Shown piece after piece: positions 63,608 through 64,000 of a stretch of 64,000 bases of DNA. This stretch comes from Lama guanicoe. Its lineage: Eukaryota. The notes under the pieces were generated by a model. The model was not told where the DNA came from, did no database searches, and saw nothing but the letters and a program-made list of their open reading frames with translations. The stretch lies in assembly GCA_013239625.1 (NCBI GenBank), contig MU054391.1, positions 6,407,824 to 6,471,823 of the forward strand. Direction: 5' to 3'. How positions within the stretch are numbered: the first letter of the stretch is position 1; every line of letters starts with the position of its first letter. Both the position numbers and the translations under genes were made by a program.

Positions 63608-64000
63608 AGCTTACCAATATTTTAAAGTCCAAAGTGGGTCCTCCCATCTATATAAATATATATATATTTCAACTCAAAATTGCTCATGTCCTACAGATTG
63701 CCCCCCTCTTCCGTGTAGTGATTCCTGAGATGTTCCGGCAGCAGTCATGATGGGAGATTGTTGTGTTGTTGATGTGGTGTAAATAGTCCTACCGTAGCCA
63801 AGTGCAAGAAGCTGCCAGTGAGGTGCCACTGAACGTGGGCTCGAGGAGAGAATCGGGAGGAGAGGGGAGGGGCTCAGACTCCCAGGAGCCGCGGGGACCG
63901 GCCCTCGTCCACGGTGGCAGCATGTGTGAACCTACCCGGCGGCACCGTATTCCATGACGTGGGTGCTGTGCTTTGTTGAACCAATTCCACTTCATGGGCT

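Noticed and set aside
1..64000. CRISPR arrays, operons or prokaryotic/viral coding systems
   Set aside because: No regularly spaced repeats or dense coding; the sequence is explained as spliced mammalian genes plus interspersed repeats, with no intact ERV or L1 ORFs

Overview
Mammalian genomic DNA, most likely a camelid (alpaca, llama or camel), judged from about nine copies of a tRNA-Ala(AGC)-derived SINE. The window holds two divergent genes. NOL10 contributes its first coding exon and CpG-island promoter at the left end (minus strand). About 29 kb of repeat-rich intergenic DNA follows, then the 5' half of ATP6V1C2 (V-ATPase V1 subunit C2, plus strand): a CpG-island promoter, a probable non-coding first exon and four coding exons that splice in frame to 126 codons. 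The rest is mostly interspersed repeats (L1, L2, MIR, MaLR/ERV LTRs, DNA transposon relics); subfamily names are by eye and approximate. Almost all long ORFs in the supplied track are spurious. I found no convincing new biological system. The most notable observations are: three L1 insertions whose target-site duplications (TSDs) enclose extra 3' sequence (apparent 3' transductions); a tailless tRNA-Ala retrocopy; a candidate alternative, uORF-bearing 5' leader of ATP6V1C2; a possible NOL10 uORF; an orphan CpG/NRF1 patch; and forkhead-motif clusters that could relate to cell-type-specific ATP6V1C2 expression.
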